Source of the DNA: Raillietiella orientalis
Lineage: Eukaryota
Assembly (NCBI GenBank): GCA_036172245.1
Contig: JAYWIR010000065.1
Location: 1-64,000 of the forward strand
Length of the DNA stretch: 64,000 nucleotides
Direction of reading: 5' to 3'
A model generated the notes under the pieces. It was not told where the DNA came from. It worked only from the letters and a program-made list of their open reading frames with translations, and made no database searches. Shown in pieces: positions 52,101 to 62,520 of this stretch; position 1 is the first letter of the stretch, and every line of letters starts with the position of its first letter. The translations under genes were made by a program, and so were the position numbers.

Positions 52101-55100
52101 ACAACCATAGAGATTCTCTGCTTCGGAAAAAGTAACTGTAGCACGCGAATGGTTTGTCTTTGCTTTCCTTATCCAATTGCATCAAGCAAACGCCTTCATT
52201 CAGATTTCCGCCGGGACTGTGACCTTTGTAGTCAGCACAGAGGACGCTCCCTTCGAAAGAATCTTTCTCGAACCCTGCGGCACTTTGAAGCGTGCGGTCA
52301 TCTGCACCGTGCACTTTGATCCCTTTAGGTTTCCTAACCAGTTTGCGGCTCCCACTTTGCAAGGGAATCTGTGTGCGATCTACTTGTCCTTGCATGGAAA
52401 ACTTGGGTTCGCCATTTGTGTAACAAAAGCGTGTGCTTTCCAAAGGCGATTAAGGTGTGAATTCACCTTAATCGCAGTTTCTGTTAGTTTCAGTGCTGCA
52501 CATCTCTGGAAAGTGCCGCCTTAGAAAAGAGGTGGCTCGGATGGGAGGCTTGGATCTGCTGAAAAATCGGCCATGTGCGTTTTCGAATTGCTTCGAGCTC
52601 TGACTCCAAGTTCCTAAACTCGTGCTTCAGAACTAAAAGTCTGTGGCTGTTTCCCGGTCGCTCAAGAACAGAGTGTTCTACGCTCAATGCAAATCATTTT
52701 GAAAGTAAAAGGCAGCATTGACGTGCATCCTGGAAGCTGAGATCCTGTTACAGCAGATGCAGAGGCTCAGCTTGCGTGAGCCAACCAGCTCGGAGTTTGT
52801 GAACAGCGAAATGTTACGTCATTGGAACGCACACGAAACGAAACGAAATGGTATTTGTGACCACCTAACGGGAATTGGTCCACGCGACCAATGATAACGT
52901 GAGTTGTGACTGGAAATGCAAGTTGGGTTATCATTTCCTACCCACGTGGTTTTTCATCGCGTTCTCCAATGAATCTCAAATTCTTACCTTCCTTGTCAGT
53001 GATCGGAGATTTCCCGACTGCATCTGAAAAGCGGAAAAGAAAATTGGATTGAATCGAAACACATGAACAAATGCTTGCATCAGACTGATGCGCGGATGTC
53101 TTTGTGCTATCATTCAGTGACGTCTTTTTGAACTCGAGGATCATCTCGTGATTTCCTCGGTTAATCTGTGATCATCTGAGGAGCATCGACATTTGTCTCG
53201 AATATCGTAGGACTGGTGTGTTTCCGAATCGACTCTTTGCCGCATTTTGCACACTCCTTAAGGCAAACCGAGGAAAAAGAAACGATTATTTGTACAGCGA
53301 ATCGACTTTTGAGACCAAGTGGGATGCAAGTCCACTTCTGGACACTTGGAGGACACCCTTCACTTGCTTTTGCTCTCTTTCGGTTGCATCTTTGACACCG
53401 AGCACAACACACACAAACAGATTTAAGATGCTCGATCCGACATGCAAGACGCAGCGTCTTCCAAACTTTCAGAAAAAGCGTCATTTTGAGCCCCAATCTT
53501 AGGCACCTCGCTGTAACCAGCCGTGTGTCAAAGCGAAATTTGGACTCTCGGTATTAAGGTTAGCGTTTTTGTCATACGCCCTCCCTGTGATACTTCAGAG
53601 TGCATGTTGCCTTCGTCTTTCAGATTCTTTTTCTGACATTGCGAACACGGATCGCAATCCCTGCTGTGACAGTGGAAAATCAGTTTTGTTGACGTTAGGA
53701 AGGACAAACCGACGATGGTTCCTCAGAAGAGCGACGACGATATCGCAAAGCAAGCAGGTAAGCCATTCCACGCAAAACAGGTAGGTGCAGCGTCGAAAGC
53801 CAATAAAATTTTCATGGAGGTGAAGTAACGGAATCACAGTACCATCGTTGTGAAATTCTGCATTCCGGATTCCACAGCATCCAGTCGGAAACCGAAGTCG
53901 TTGACGTTTCCCATCTTCGCAGACATGTGTTCCACCCGATGCTGCATGTCTTTCAGACCGTGCTCGCGGAAGTCATCGAAGGCATTTCTTGTTTTCTGAA
54001 ACTGAAAAATTTGTTAGAGTTGCCACAGAATCAAGCGAAACGATCTTTTGGATGATTTTCAGCTCGAGAGAGGAAGGCCACGTCTCAGGGCCATCCTCCC
54101 GAAAAAACCTGAAAAACGCAGATCCATCGCACGCTTGACAAACGAGCAGGCAAAATGAAAGATGATGAGCACACGATGAGTGTTTGCGCTTTTTGCAGCA
54201 CTCGAGTTCGTTTCAGTGCTGAGTGTGTAATTTTGCCTAGGAGCACTGGAAAGTGCTTTCTTTTTTTTTCCCCCCCCAAGGGTTCAAGGAACAGACGACG
54301 GAACGTCTTTTGTAAAGTGCTTCGCAAACACATTGCGAGCTGCTAAGACATGGTCATCTGCGCTACACGCATCTATCAAGGATGCAAGGATTGCGAATCC
54401 GCGTTGATCGGAGTTGCTGCTCTCCTAACACTTCCAGACATAGACATGACCTTTCTGAAACTTGTCTCAGGGGTTTCCTGTTATGCTATTCTCTATCTCA
54501 AGACAAAGACCGGGAGCCATTACGTCCACTTCGATGCGTGCAGCATTTGCGAAATCCAAGCTCTTCCAGCATAACGGGATTCAAGTCTTCCTAGTCCGGA
54601 AAGCGGCAGTCTTCCCTTCCAGAATGCTCCACAACATCCGTTTCACCGTCATCATCCTTGCCGTCACAAAAAGTCTGCAGTGGACCCAGGATACTCTCCT
54701 CATTTCAGCAACACCTGCTGCTCGAAACAAAAAAGATCACAAATTCATTGGACTCCTTCGATAGGCCTCGCACATCTCGCAAAATTCGGTTCATTGATTT
54801 TTCAAATATGATTTCATTTTGCACACCGAGCGTGGGGTGCTCCCTGCTAATTCGAAATGGGAGGTTTGATCGAGGAACGTTCACAAAGTTGTTGCAATAG
54901 CGCAGCCGGTGGGAAGCGTTCGTTTCCATTTGCATTCGTGGTGGGAATTCTCGAAGGCGCTTCCATTTCCGAGGAAGGGGCGTTCCGTTCCCTCCGAGGA
55001 TTCGTACGAAGTTTCCTCGTTCAAGCCGAGCTCACGTGTGCTGCAAGGTAACGTGAGAAGGCACAATCTTCTCATTTGCAGTTCGAGCGATGCAGAGAGA

Positions 55101-56645
55101 CAGCGATGATTGAAAGAGGAAAGCAAAGCAGCAAATTGGAAATTTCGTTTCTGCTGCATCCTCAAGACGAATGACGATTCCGGCTGCGTTTACATGGGCA
55201 CTGTCCGCGAACGCGGTATCGAGCAGCATCCCTGCCAGCATCATAGGGCGCCTAAATTGCCTCGGTCTCCTAGCAAGCGTTTCGGTATCTCCACAATTCA
55301 TTGGAGTGCTTTGATGAGTGCTTCCGAAAAGTCTTTGAGCAATGAAAAGTTCAAAAGAAAAGCACAAGTCGTACCTCGGACAGCATGAGTCCCAAGTCCT
55401 CATCGTTCACAGTAATGCTTCCACCGGAGCCGCAAAGCAATGAAAGGTTCCTGTTTGCCGCACCCTGAATGATGAGATTCCCCTTTTCCGTCCGTATTCT
55501 GGGTCTGAAATCAAGAAATGCCCGAATCTTTTGGAAATGCATTAAAAAAGCTCAGGCATCTTATCATCAGTTCTAGAGCGAAACGAAGCGAAGGAGTCAA
55601 TGAACAAGAATTTTCCCACAATGTATCGATAAGAAGATCCCATCCTTCATCTGGAGATTCCAGAACTCATTCAAGTTAACTTTATGTGCCATTTGCAACC
55701 TTTCAAACCGTCTTAGGCAAACTGATATCTCCTCCGGATTATTCAACCGCATCATCGCACAATTTCGCCGCCTGATCAGCTTGTCCGTTAAAAAGAGTAT
55801 TCTTCCACGCGTGTAATGGGAAAGAGCTTACTTAAATGGAAAGCAACTTGATCTCCAGGTTGAGGTATCTGGATTCAATTTTGGTTCTTTTTCGAACACG
55901 GTTCTTAGCGTTGGCTCTTAGACCTACAAACGGTCGATTGGGATTTCGAAATGACTGGGGAGTTCCTTCTCCATGTTTCGCTTGGAATGAGATAAATGCT
56001 CTGCAGCGGCAAATGAGCATCACTTTCCCTTCGAAGTACATGGAATTCATCTAAAAAAGTGTGGGTCAAAAACCTGGTCACTTCGCAACCTCAATACGAA
56101 AAGAAGAACACGAAATCGGTAAATAAAAGACACCACCGATGAAGTAATCTTCCTCTCCAGAGTTCGTCTATCATTTAGAGACCTCTAGGAAAGGAATTGA
56201 TTCTTTCGTCATGTGCCGGAACCTCTGGGGGTGCAGCAAATGATGCCCTTTCCTCACAGCCTCCGGAACGCTCATTCTACTGACCGAGAAATCATTCCTG
56301 CACAAATTCTATAGGAATCCCAGTCTGCAGGACACGCAGCAAGCAAGCGGATCATCTTGAAAACCGATGTCAGATAGCATCTCGTATTTGTGCAATCGTT
56401 TCTCCGCATTTCGGAAAAGGTCAAGTCGGGTCTCAGGAGAAAAGAAAAAAAGAAATGCGAGCCGAGAACCGCGAACAGTCAGTTTCAGGTGGTTCAGCAT
56501 GACAGAGATATTATTCCACGTTAGTTCTTCTGAATGATTGCGATAAAATAGTTTCGGGACGTTATGGGCAATGGAGATCGACTTACGTGTGAGCGCCAAT
56601 GAGTGCATCAACACATCTCATAAGGAATAGAAACGATATGTACAT
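7913..56645 (-). CDS. CUBN: Cubilin, spliced CDS, 66 exons, about 3,672 aa: signal peptide (tentative), cubilin N-terminal/coiled-coil region, 8 EGF, 27 CUB
   Basis: Exons in transcript order: 56587-56645 (tentative), 55375-55504, 53843-54001, 52988-53023, 51800-51940, 51653-51750, 51336-51489, 50954-51092, 50803-50903, 49603-49729, 49350-49553, 49078-49218, 46750-46937, 46540-46705, 46308-46489, 45006-45168, 44766-44956, 44474-44630, 42062-42246, 41840-42011, 39027-39255, 37752-37882, 37525-37711, 37314-37474, 37072-37253, 36862-37018, 36626-36810, 35349-35496, 34998-35182, 32016-32181, 31789-31970, 30468-30629, 30307-30412, 30181-30257, 29978-30137, 29807-29914, 29531-29755, 26105-26295, 25881-26058, 25608-25826, 23886-24047, 23662-23843, 23479-23613, 21682-21887, 19454-19632, 17941-18147, 17571-17896, 16716-16884, 16466-16675, 15277-15371, 15053-15229, 14781-15006, 14535-14719, 13168-13308, 12953-13121, 12719-12907, 12327-12674, 12070-12281, 11862-12024, 10806-11020, 10711-10758, 10508-10649, 9353-9534, 9004-9307, 8091-8179, 7913-8038 (TAG at 7913-7915). 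Phases chain without a frameshift and the lengths sum to 11,019 nt. The CUB motif (CGG..SP.YP..Y....C.W.I....F..FDLE....C..DY.E..DG....G..CG....F.SD....GF) recurs 27 times. The N-terminal + 8 EGF + 27 CUB layout is diagnostic of cubilin (established knowledge). Confidence 0.96.
13168..18147 (-). CDS. CUBN: Cubilin CUB17-21 (9 exons)
   Basis: Domain starts [40 protein letters not shown]. Includes the GC-AG intron at 14720-14780. Confidence 0.92.
19454..26295 (-). CDS. CUBN: Cubilin CUB13-16 (8 exons)
   Basis: Domain starts RFGGLQTG (no first Cys pair), [24 protein letters not shown]. Confidence 0.92.
29531..35182 (-). CDS. CUBN: Cubilin CUB9-12 (9 exons)
   Basis: Domain starts [32 protein letters not shown], joined by GT-AG introns. 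Confidence 0.93.
35349..39255 (-). CDS. CUBN: Cubilin CUB5-8 (positionally equivalent to the vertebrate intrinsic factor-B12 binding region; 8 exons)
   Basis: Domain starts [32 protein letters not shown]. Includes the putative GA-AG intron at 37475-37524. Confidence 0.93.
41840..46937 (-). CDS. CUBN: Cubilin CUB1-4 (8 exons)
   Basis: Domain starts [31 protein letters not shown]. Each is split by a phase-0 intron at the (Y/W)(L/V)(E/Q)|(I/V)x(D/E)G position. Confidence 0.95.
48144..48182. repeat. Perfect inverted repeat, 17-bp arms with a 5-nt loop (intronic hairpin)
   Basis: tctcggttgaagaggtc-tacct-gacctcttcaaccgaga, in the intron between EGF8 and CUB1. Confidence 0.9.
49078..51940 (-). CDS. 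CUBN: Cubilin end of coiled coil and EGF1-8 (8 exons)
   Basis: Eight Cys-spaced EGF units: [81 protein letters not shown]. Several carry the D/N-x-D/N-E Ca-binding EGF motif. Confidence 0.95.
52988..55504 (-). CDS. CUBN: Cubilin N-terminal beta-helix and coiled-coil exons (3 exons)
   Basis: [37 protein letters not shown] resembles the vertebrate cubilin N-terminus as recalled (PRMATERGNL..NIEF..GSLGKIKLNDEDL). It is followed by heptad-like [31 protein letters not shown]...[14 protein letters not shown] and a 36-nt exon [12 protein letters not shown]. All junctions are canonical. Confidence 0.88.
56587..56645 (-). CDS. CUBN: Candidate first coding exon of cubilin (signal-peptide-like [20 protein letters not shown])
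   Basis: ATG at 56645-56643 is followed by a short hydrophobic core and a consensus GTAAGT donor in phase 2, which matches the phase-2 start of exon 55375-55504. An upstream 'attcag' acceptor-like site (AG at 56704-56703) could be a cis or SL trans-splice site. The frame stays open back to that site, so a further upstream coding exon is possible. Confidence 0.55.
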
Positions 56646-59600
56646 GATCCCGAGCACATAACTTGAGTAACAGCAGCGTCCTCGTATACCGATTTCTCTT
56701 CTCTGAATGGTGAATCAAAGCTTGTGCCCATGAACCACACTGATTGAAAGCGGATATCCTGGAAACCGCCTCTTTTTTGGGGGAGTTGACTTCCAGAAAT
56801 CTCCAGTTGATTCCATCGTCATTCGACAGCCATGGAACATGATCGCAGGAACTCTCTTGTGGAATAAGAAACGAAAACATGCGTTTCCACAGTTCCGACT
56901 TTCGGCCACACACCATTTGAATTCCCAAGTTCGCTGCCATCCCCAAGCGATTCATTGACAAACTCCTTCCGCATTTGAAATCTCCTCCGTGTCGTTTTTC
57001 AAACCACCTGCTCGCCTTCCGTGTAGATAGGCAGTGCAAAAATCTCTCAGTATGCCCGGGAGCACCAATTTTAAACAGAGTCACTTTTGACATTTGCGAA
57101 TTCTCAGACACCCACAGAATATGGATTTTCAATTTGCCACATTTTTCTGACTCTGAGTTTTCAGCTTGCGGATGCAAAATGGATGCTTCCGTTAAGCTCC
57201 ACGTTTTCCTTGCTTTGTGGAGTATATTTTTGTAGCACAAGGATACGACTTTAGTCTCTTCTACGTGCAACTGTCCCAAAGAAATGTGTCTCTGAATTGG
57301 GCACTTTCCGTGGGCTTCATACCAGGGACATTCGCATGCGTCTGGATTCGCTCCATAGGAAGAGGATCGGTCTTCTAGAAACATCCCTTCTGAAAATTGA
57401 AGCCTTTTCTTGTGTTCCTGTGTCATCAGAAAAAAATAAAAAATCCCTCCATCCACCTCGGATGTCTGGATGCTTCGCGTTAGAAGTCGGTTGCCATCCT
57501 TTCATCATCATCGTATATGCACCGCCGAAGCAGAGTGTTGAAGGCGTCGTGTGTGCATGAAAGTACGCTCAGGAAGAGCAACTGCACGTTCTGGGTCCAG
57601 GATTCACCAAATACGTTTTCTCGAAGGTGATCCATGAGTGATCATGGATGGACACCAAGAAAGGGACGAAGCCACCCGAATACAAGCCTTTGCTAGTTGC
57701 TTAGCACTCCTAAGCCAGAATGAAATGCCAGAATGAAACTTTTGGAATATGGAAATATTTTTGGGAAAAACTTTTGGAAATTTTTCGAACTATTGCCACT
57801 CGTTCCATATTTTCTCAAAGTGATCCTATTTGGACGAATAGATTCCCAAACCCTTCTCTCCAGTTTGCTCACGCCACTTATTGTGCATTCCATTGAGTCC
57901 TATTTGTGTGGACTGAGCAGACCAACTCCGTTGCAAACACACCAAAAACAGATTCTCAGCTTCAGCCCATGTGCTTCGCGTTCCATCAAAGGAATGCAGA
58001 AAATATTATATTCTATTTTATTACTAAATGATATCTCTATTTTGAGCAGATTGTGGTGTCTGGTTTCGGAGACCCTCAGAAAACAAACGGAGGGCATTGT
58101 GGAGAGTGAAGGCCACTCATTCTAAAAATTCTTCTCAAAAACATTGCGAAATCAGCGGAGACCTTAGAAGCGCACTCCGCAACATTGACGGAATCGTAAC
58201 ACCAATTTGAGACACCAGCTTCCTGGGATTCCAGGTATGCTCATCCCCTATCCTGCTTTCCGTATTCGGAGAGCACTCATGTGCTTCCATAAAGAAGATA
58301 TAGCTGTTTCTTGCTCATCCTATTGCAATCATTCAGGATGATGTGGCTGCGAAGAATGCTGCATACGATGGATGCTACGAAAGTACATGTACGCTCTGGA
58401 ATGAACGCTCAGTGTAGCACCATCGCTGACACGAGGAACGATGCTGGAGGCTTTCAAGTTGTTGCAACTTTGGCATCATGACTGAGAATATCTGCGTGAG
58501 GACGTCTGGATTCCAAATCCAGAGAATGCAGACTACTAAGGGCTCTCCAGTCCGAGAGTTTTCAGGCTGTTTCCAAGATTCATAGAAGAAGTCAATTGCT
58601 CACATCGAGGGTTTACTTTACAAAATAAAGGAAGAAAGTATCGGATCGATTTCCTCCACATCGAAGAATGATGACTTCTGAGCAGAGAAGCCTTGGAAAT
58701 TCCTAGATTCTCGAATAGGAGGAAATCGACGCGATCTTCGTAAGGCATCAAACTCTGCAACAGAGGAAACTAAGCACATGCGCTCGGTGGAATACGCATC
58801 ATCGCTGTAGCAATGAGGATTTGGTCTTGCTCGTAAGAATGACCTTCCCATATTCCCGGAATCAATTTGACCACATGATCAGCAAACATCAGCCACATCC
58901 CTGGGATAATTTCAAAGAACGGATGCAAAATGATGAGCTTTCTCAGCGTGGAGTTCCCAGTACAATTTCCTTGGCCCTAAAGTGATCTCAAAAGGATTCA
59001 AAATAGATTCTGTTTATGTAAAATTTACTCGGTTGAAGAAGGTGTCTGGGAGGTCACCAAGGTCGATAGTTTGTCCATTCGTGTTCAAGCTCTCAAAATG
59101 TTCTCACGATGAAGGCCAGGCTTCCAAATTTCGTCCTGCATATGAGATGCTTTGCCTGAAGTAGATGCCCTGTTGGGAAACAGAACGGCGATGTAAGAGC
59201 ATGGGTAGCATCAAATGCCGAAAGAGTCCATGGTGGCGTCAGCAATGCAATGGAAAGGCGAAAAGAAGAACCTCACTCAAGGACGTCTGTCATAAGTGAT
59301 GTTTGCAGCAGTTGCTGAGCTTCCAGTTGGCTGTGCGCAGTCCATCCATCGCTATCGCATAATATATGGGTATGAATTCTCCACGGATCTCAGCAAAGCT
59401 AAAACTGAAAACTTGAAAATTTACTTTCATTTGGAGAATTTTCCACAAAGTGCAGAGAATAAAAGTGCAACACCTCGAGAACCATTTGTAAAGATTGCTG
59501 CACGCTACAATTTTCGTCCCGGCCTTTGAGTCTTCGAGATTAGTGGCGCCTCGCACAAAATGCACATCCCTCTCAGTTACGTCCTCCAGCACAGTATTCT

Positions 59601-61080
59601 CCTTTATCAATGTTCTTCCTGGTATGCATACCACGGGAATGAATGGTTCTCTAACTTCATGGAATTCTCTCCCCCACAAGTCTTTCCATCTGCAAGCACG
59701 AGGTAAGGTATCTTCCCGTAATCTTAGATAACGTTTGCCTTGAAGTGATTCGAAACGGCTTTGGAAGTTCATTTCAAGTGAGATGTGCATTCAAAGCTTT
59801 CGAATGTGTTCCCTTTCGTGTACCATGCCACGTTTTTCAGAATACGAATTCCATCGGTCGTTCCATCGCTTCAGACATTCCTAATAATCCCGACACTCAG
59901 GACCAATGTCGAGAAGGGCATTACATAGAAAAGGGATGATTCGGTTGGAACGTTTGCACAAGCTTGGTCCGGCTGTGCTCCAGCAAATGGACGAAAATGT
60001 CGAAGCCGCTGAAGGCAAACTTGGACAGTTCCGTTTGCTACCGAAACGTCGTAGTCATTCGGAAATCAGGGAAACCTGAAAACTAATGGGAATGGCAAAT
60101 GGGCAGGATCACGGGATTTCTTGATCATCATCGTAGCGAGTGCAAGTCCACATTGCTCCAGGATTGCGAAGAGGTACTTCCAGGTTTCCCAGCTGAAAGC
60201 CGAATGGAAACATCTTGGAGATTTCGTGCAGAAGAACGGTAATCAACACAACAACACGTGTGTGTTTCCAGGAAGGTCTGTGCTTCGTGAAGCCAAGCTC
60301 AGCAAACCATCCTCCACCACCTTTCGTCCACTGCTGGAAATTGCAGCACCTTCTGGTCGTGCGTTCTTTCACAGATCTTCAAATGTTGTAAAGGAACAAA
60401 AAAAAAAAAAACGAAAGACGGTCCTTGCTGCGCTGCGAAATTCCACAAGCATTTCCAACATGAAATACACCGGTAAGGCAAAAACAGAGATCATAAAATG
60501 GAAGGACGAGTTTGCTGGCTTGAATGCAAACCAGCACTCCGAATGCCTCTTGTGGTCACATGCCCTCGCCTGCACCACATGTTCAGCACTCGTTCACCGA
60601 GGGATTGGTGTTGTTGCTTTTCATTCAGATTCGTGACCCGAAGGCTTTGGAATTGACAGTGGTGCTTCAAACTACATGACCAAGTTCGGGCTGACTCTCC
60701 GAGAAAGAGAAATCCGTTTGATCTTTCAGTGCACGGTTGTGTCACGATGGTCACCTGAAGGCTCGTCTTCAGACATCCTTTGAGAAAAACTGCTTTTCTG
60801 CAGAAAAAGCCCACTTCAAAATCATCAGGTTGAAGGATAGTTGCAGTGACTTCGTGAGGGAACGATATTCGTGACATTTGCTGAAATGGGATCAGTGTCT
60901 TCCTACCGGATACTCACACAGTACGTGAGATCCAACACTCCCAAAAAAAGAAAAAAACAAAGCCATAGATCCGAACGTGAGGAGGTAAAAGGGACGCAGG
61001 CACTTTGCCCTTTTTTTTTGTCTTTGGCAAAAAGGAAGTTGCAGATGATGGTGAACCGAAAAGTCTCACAGGAAATAAGA

Positions 61081-62520
61081 ATGTAAGGTAAGGAGTATGT
61101 GTTAGTATGTATGTCAGCTTAAGGGTGAGTGAAAATGGTTTTGATATCTTTCTGAAACTTGGAATAAAAATGAATGAAAGTTCTGCCTTTTTACTTGACT
61201 GAGGGGACATCTTACTGTAAAAACCTTATGTACAAGGCATGCAACACATCATGATGAACTCATATTGAAGCAATTATTGGTGACTCAGTATCTTCACAAT
61301 TCACCAGTCAACATGCAAAGTCGGTTTGGAAGGAGCTTGCTGAGTGGGCATTCTCCTGAAAGGCTGTTGATTTGTACTTGGATGCACTGTGTGTGCATTT
61401 GAAGATAAATACACCAGCCACACACACCAAGCAGTGGCTATCCACCATAGAAGTCCTGCAAGTATGATATCAGGATATCTACAGGATAGAAATTTAGGCA
61501 AAAGGGCTTCAAGTTTAGTAGATGTGTGCAAGTGCACTCTTTGATCATGTGACCAATATTGTTGTGACGATGAACCTCAGTCTGCCGATTTGAATCTTCC
61601 TGCTCATGCTGCGGTCATTGTGGGCATTGCTGGTGAACCACGGATTCATAATGCATCAGATAAGAGTATGGTTCTGTTTTCATTTACTAACAGGTATTGC
61701 CAGTGCTGACGCACGTTTGACTGCCAACTGTTCTCCTTATGGATGGGAGCTTAGCAGTAGCAGAAACTCAGGCAGCGCTGAGCCATGCAGGCATAGTAAG
61801 GTCTGATAAAAGGCTGTTGTGCTCCTTGAACTTTGCCTGTAAAGTGATGATTCATGTTTCCAACTAGATTGTATTATTGTGAAAAGTTTGAATCGACTTG
61901 CTATTAGTGAGAATAGAGATTTTATCAAACCACCAAAATGGAAAGATTCATTGTATTTATGCTAAGCATGTAATTGCTTAGAATGTAACTGGAAGTCCTC
62001 TTGGAAGAATGTTAAACATCCGTATTATGTGCATTGATGAGGCATGCTTTTCCACTCTGTAATGATTTCCAGTGGACCTTATTAGCTGCTTTCAAGACTT
62101 CCACTTTTGTGAGCATTGTGCATGCATGAACATGGAAGCCTTTAAACCACAGTTTATAGTTTACATCTGTTTGAATAACAATTGAGTCCTGAATAACAGT
62201 TGAGGTGTATTCAGTTTTGATGAAGGTCTGCAGTGTTTCCTATTCCTAGGGCTTTTTGCGAGATCTTTATAGATGTTATCTAATGCTGTTTGGTGTGTGC
62301 AGTTCTAATTATGCACCAGAAGTTCAAACATTAGGAATTGGCATCTTGGTTTCTATTGGAAATCTCAGTGTACAGACTGCCTGGTGTTTATTCACTTTTT
62401 TAAGCAATGGAACAAAAGTTCACTTTTGGTTTCTGATAACAATTATTCCATTTTCACTCTCTCTGGGAGTTCTTTTGCAACTGTTGCCAATTTTGAGGAA
62501 TCTGAAGTCGAATTTGAAAG
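61081..62520. other. AT-richer, CpG-depleted segment (possible decayed methylated insertion)
   Basis: About 12 CpG counted by eye in 1.44 kb, with many 60-nt lines having none, versus several per line in the flanks. TG/CA dinucleotides are abundant. Confidence 0.6.

Noticed and set aside
52490..52687. Coiled-coil-looking peptide [18 protein letters not shown] within the cubilin N-terminal region
   Set aside because: Its acceptor would be phase 1 inside a phase-0 intron, I found no suitable donor, and the flanking exons already join well.
56608..57456. 282-aa minus-strand ORF upstream of cubilin
   Set aside because: No recognisable domain or protein-like composition, and it overlaps the candidate first exon in a different frame.
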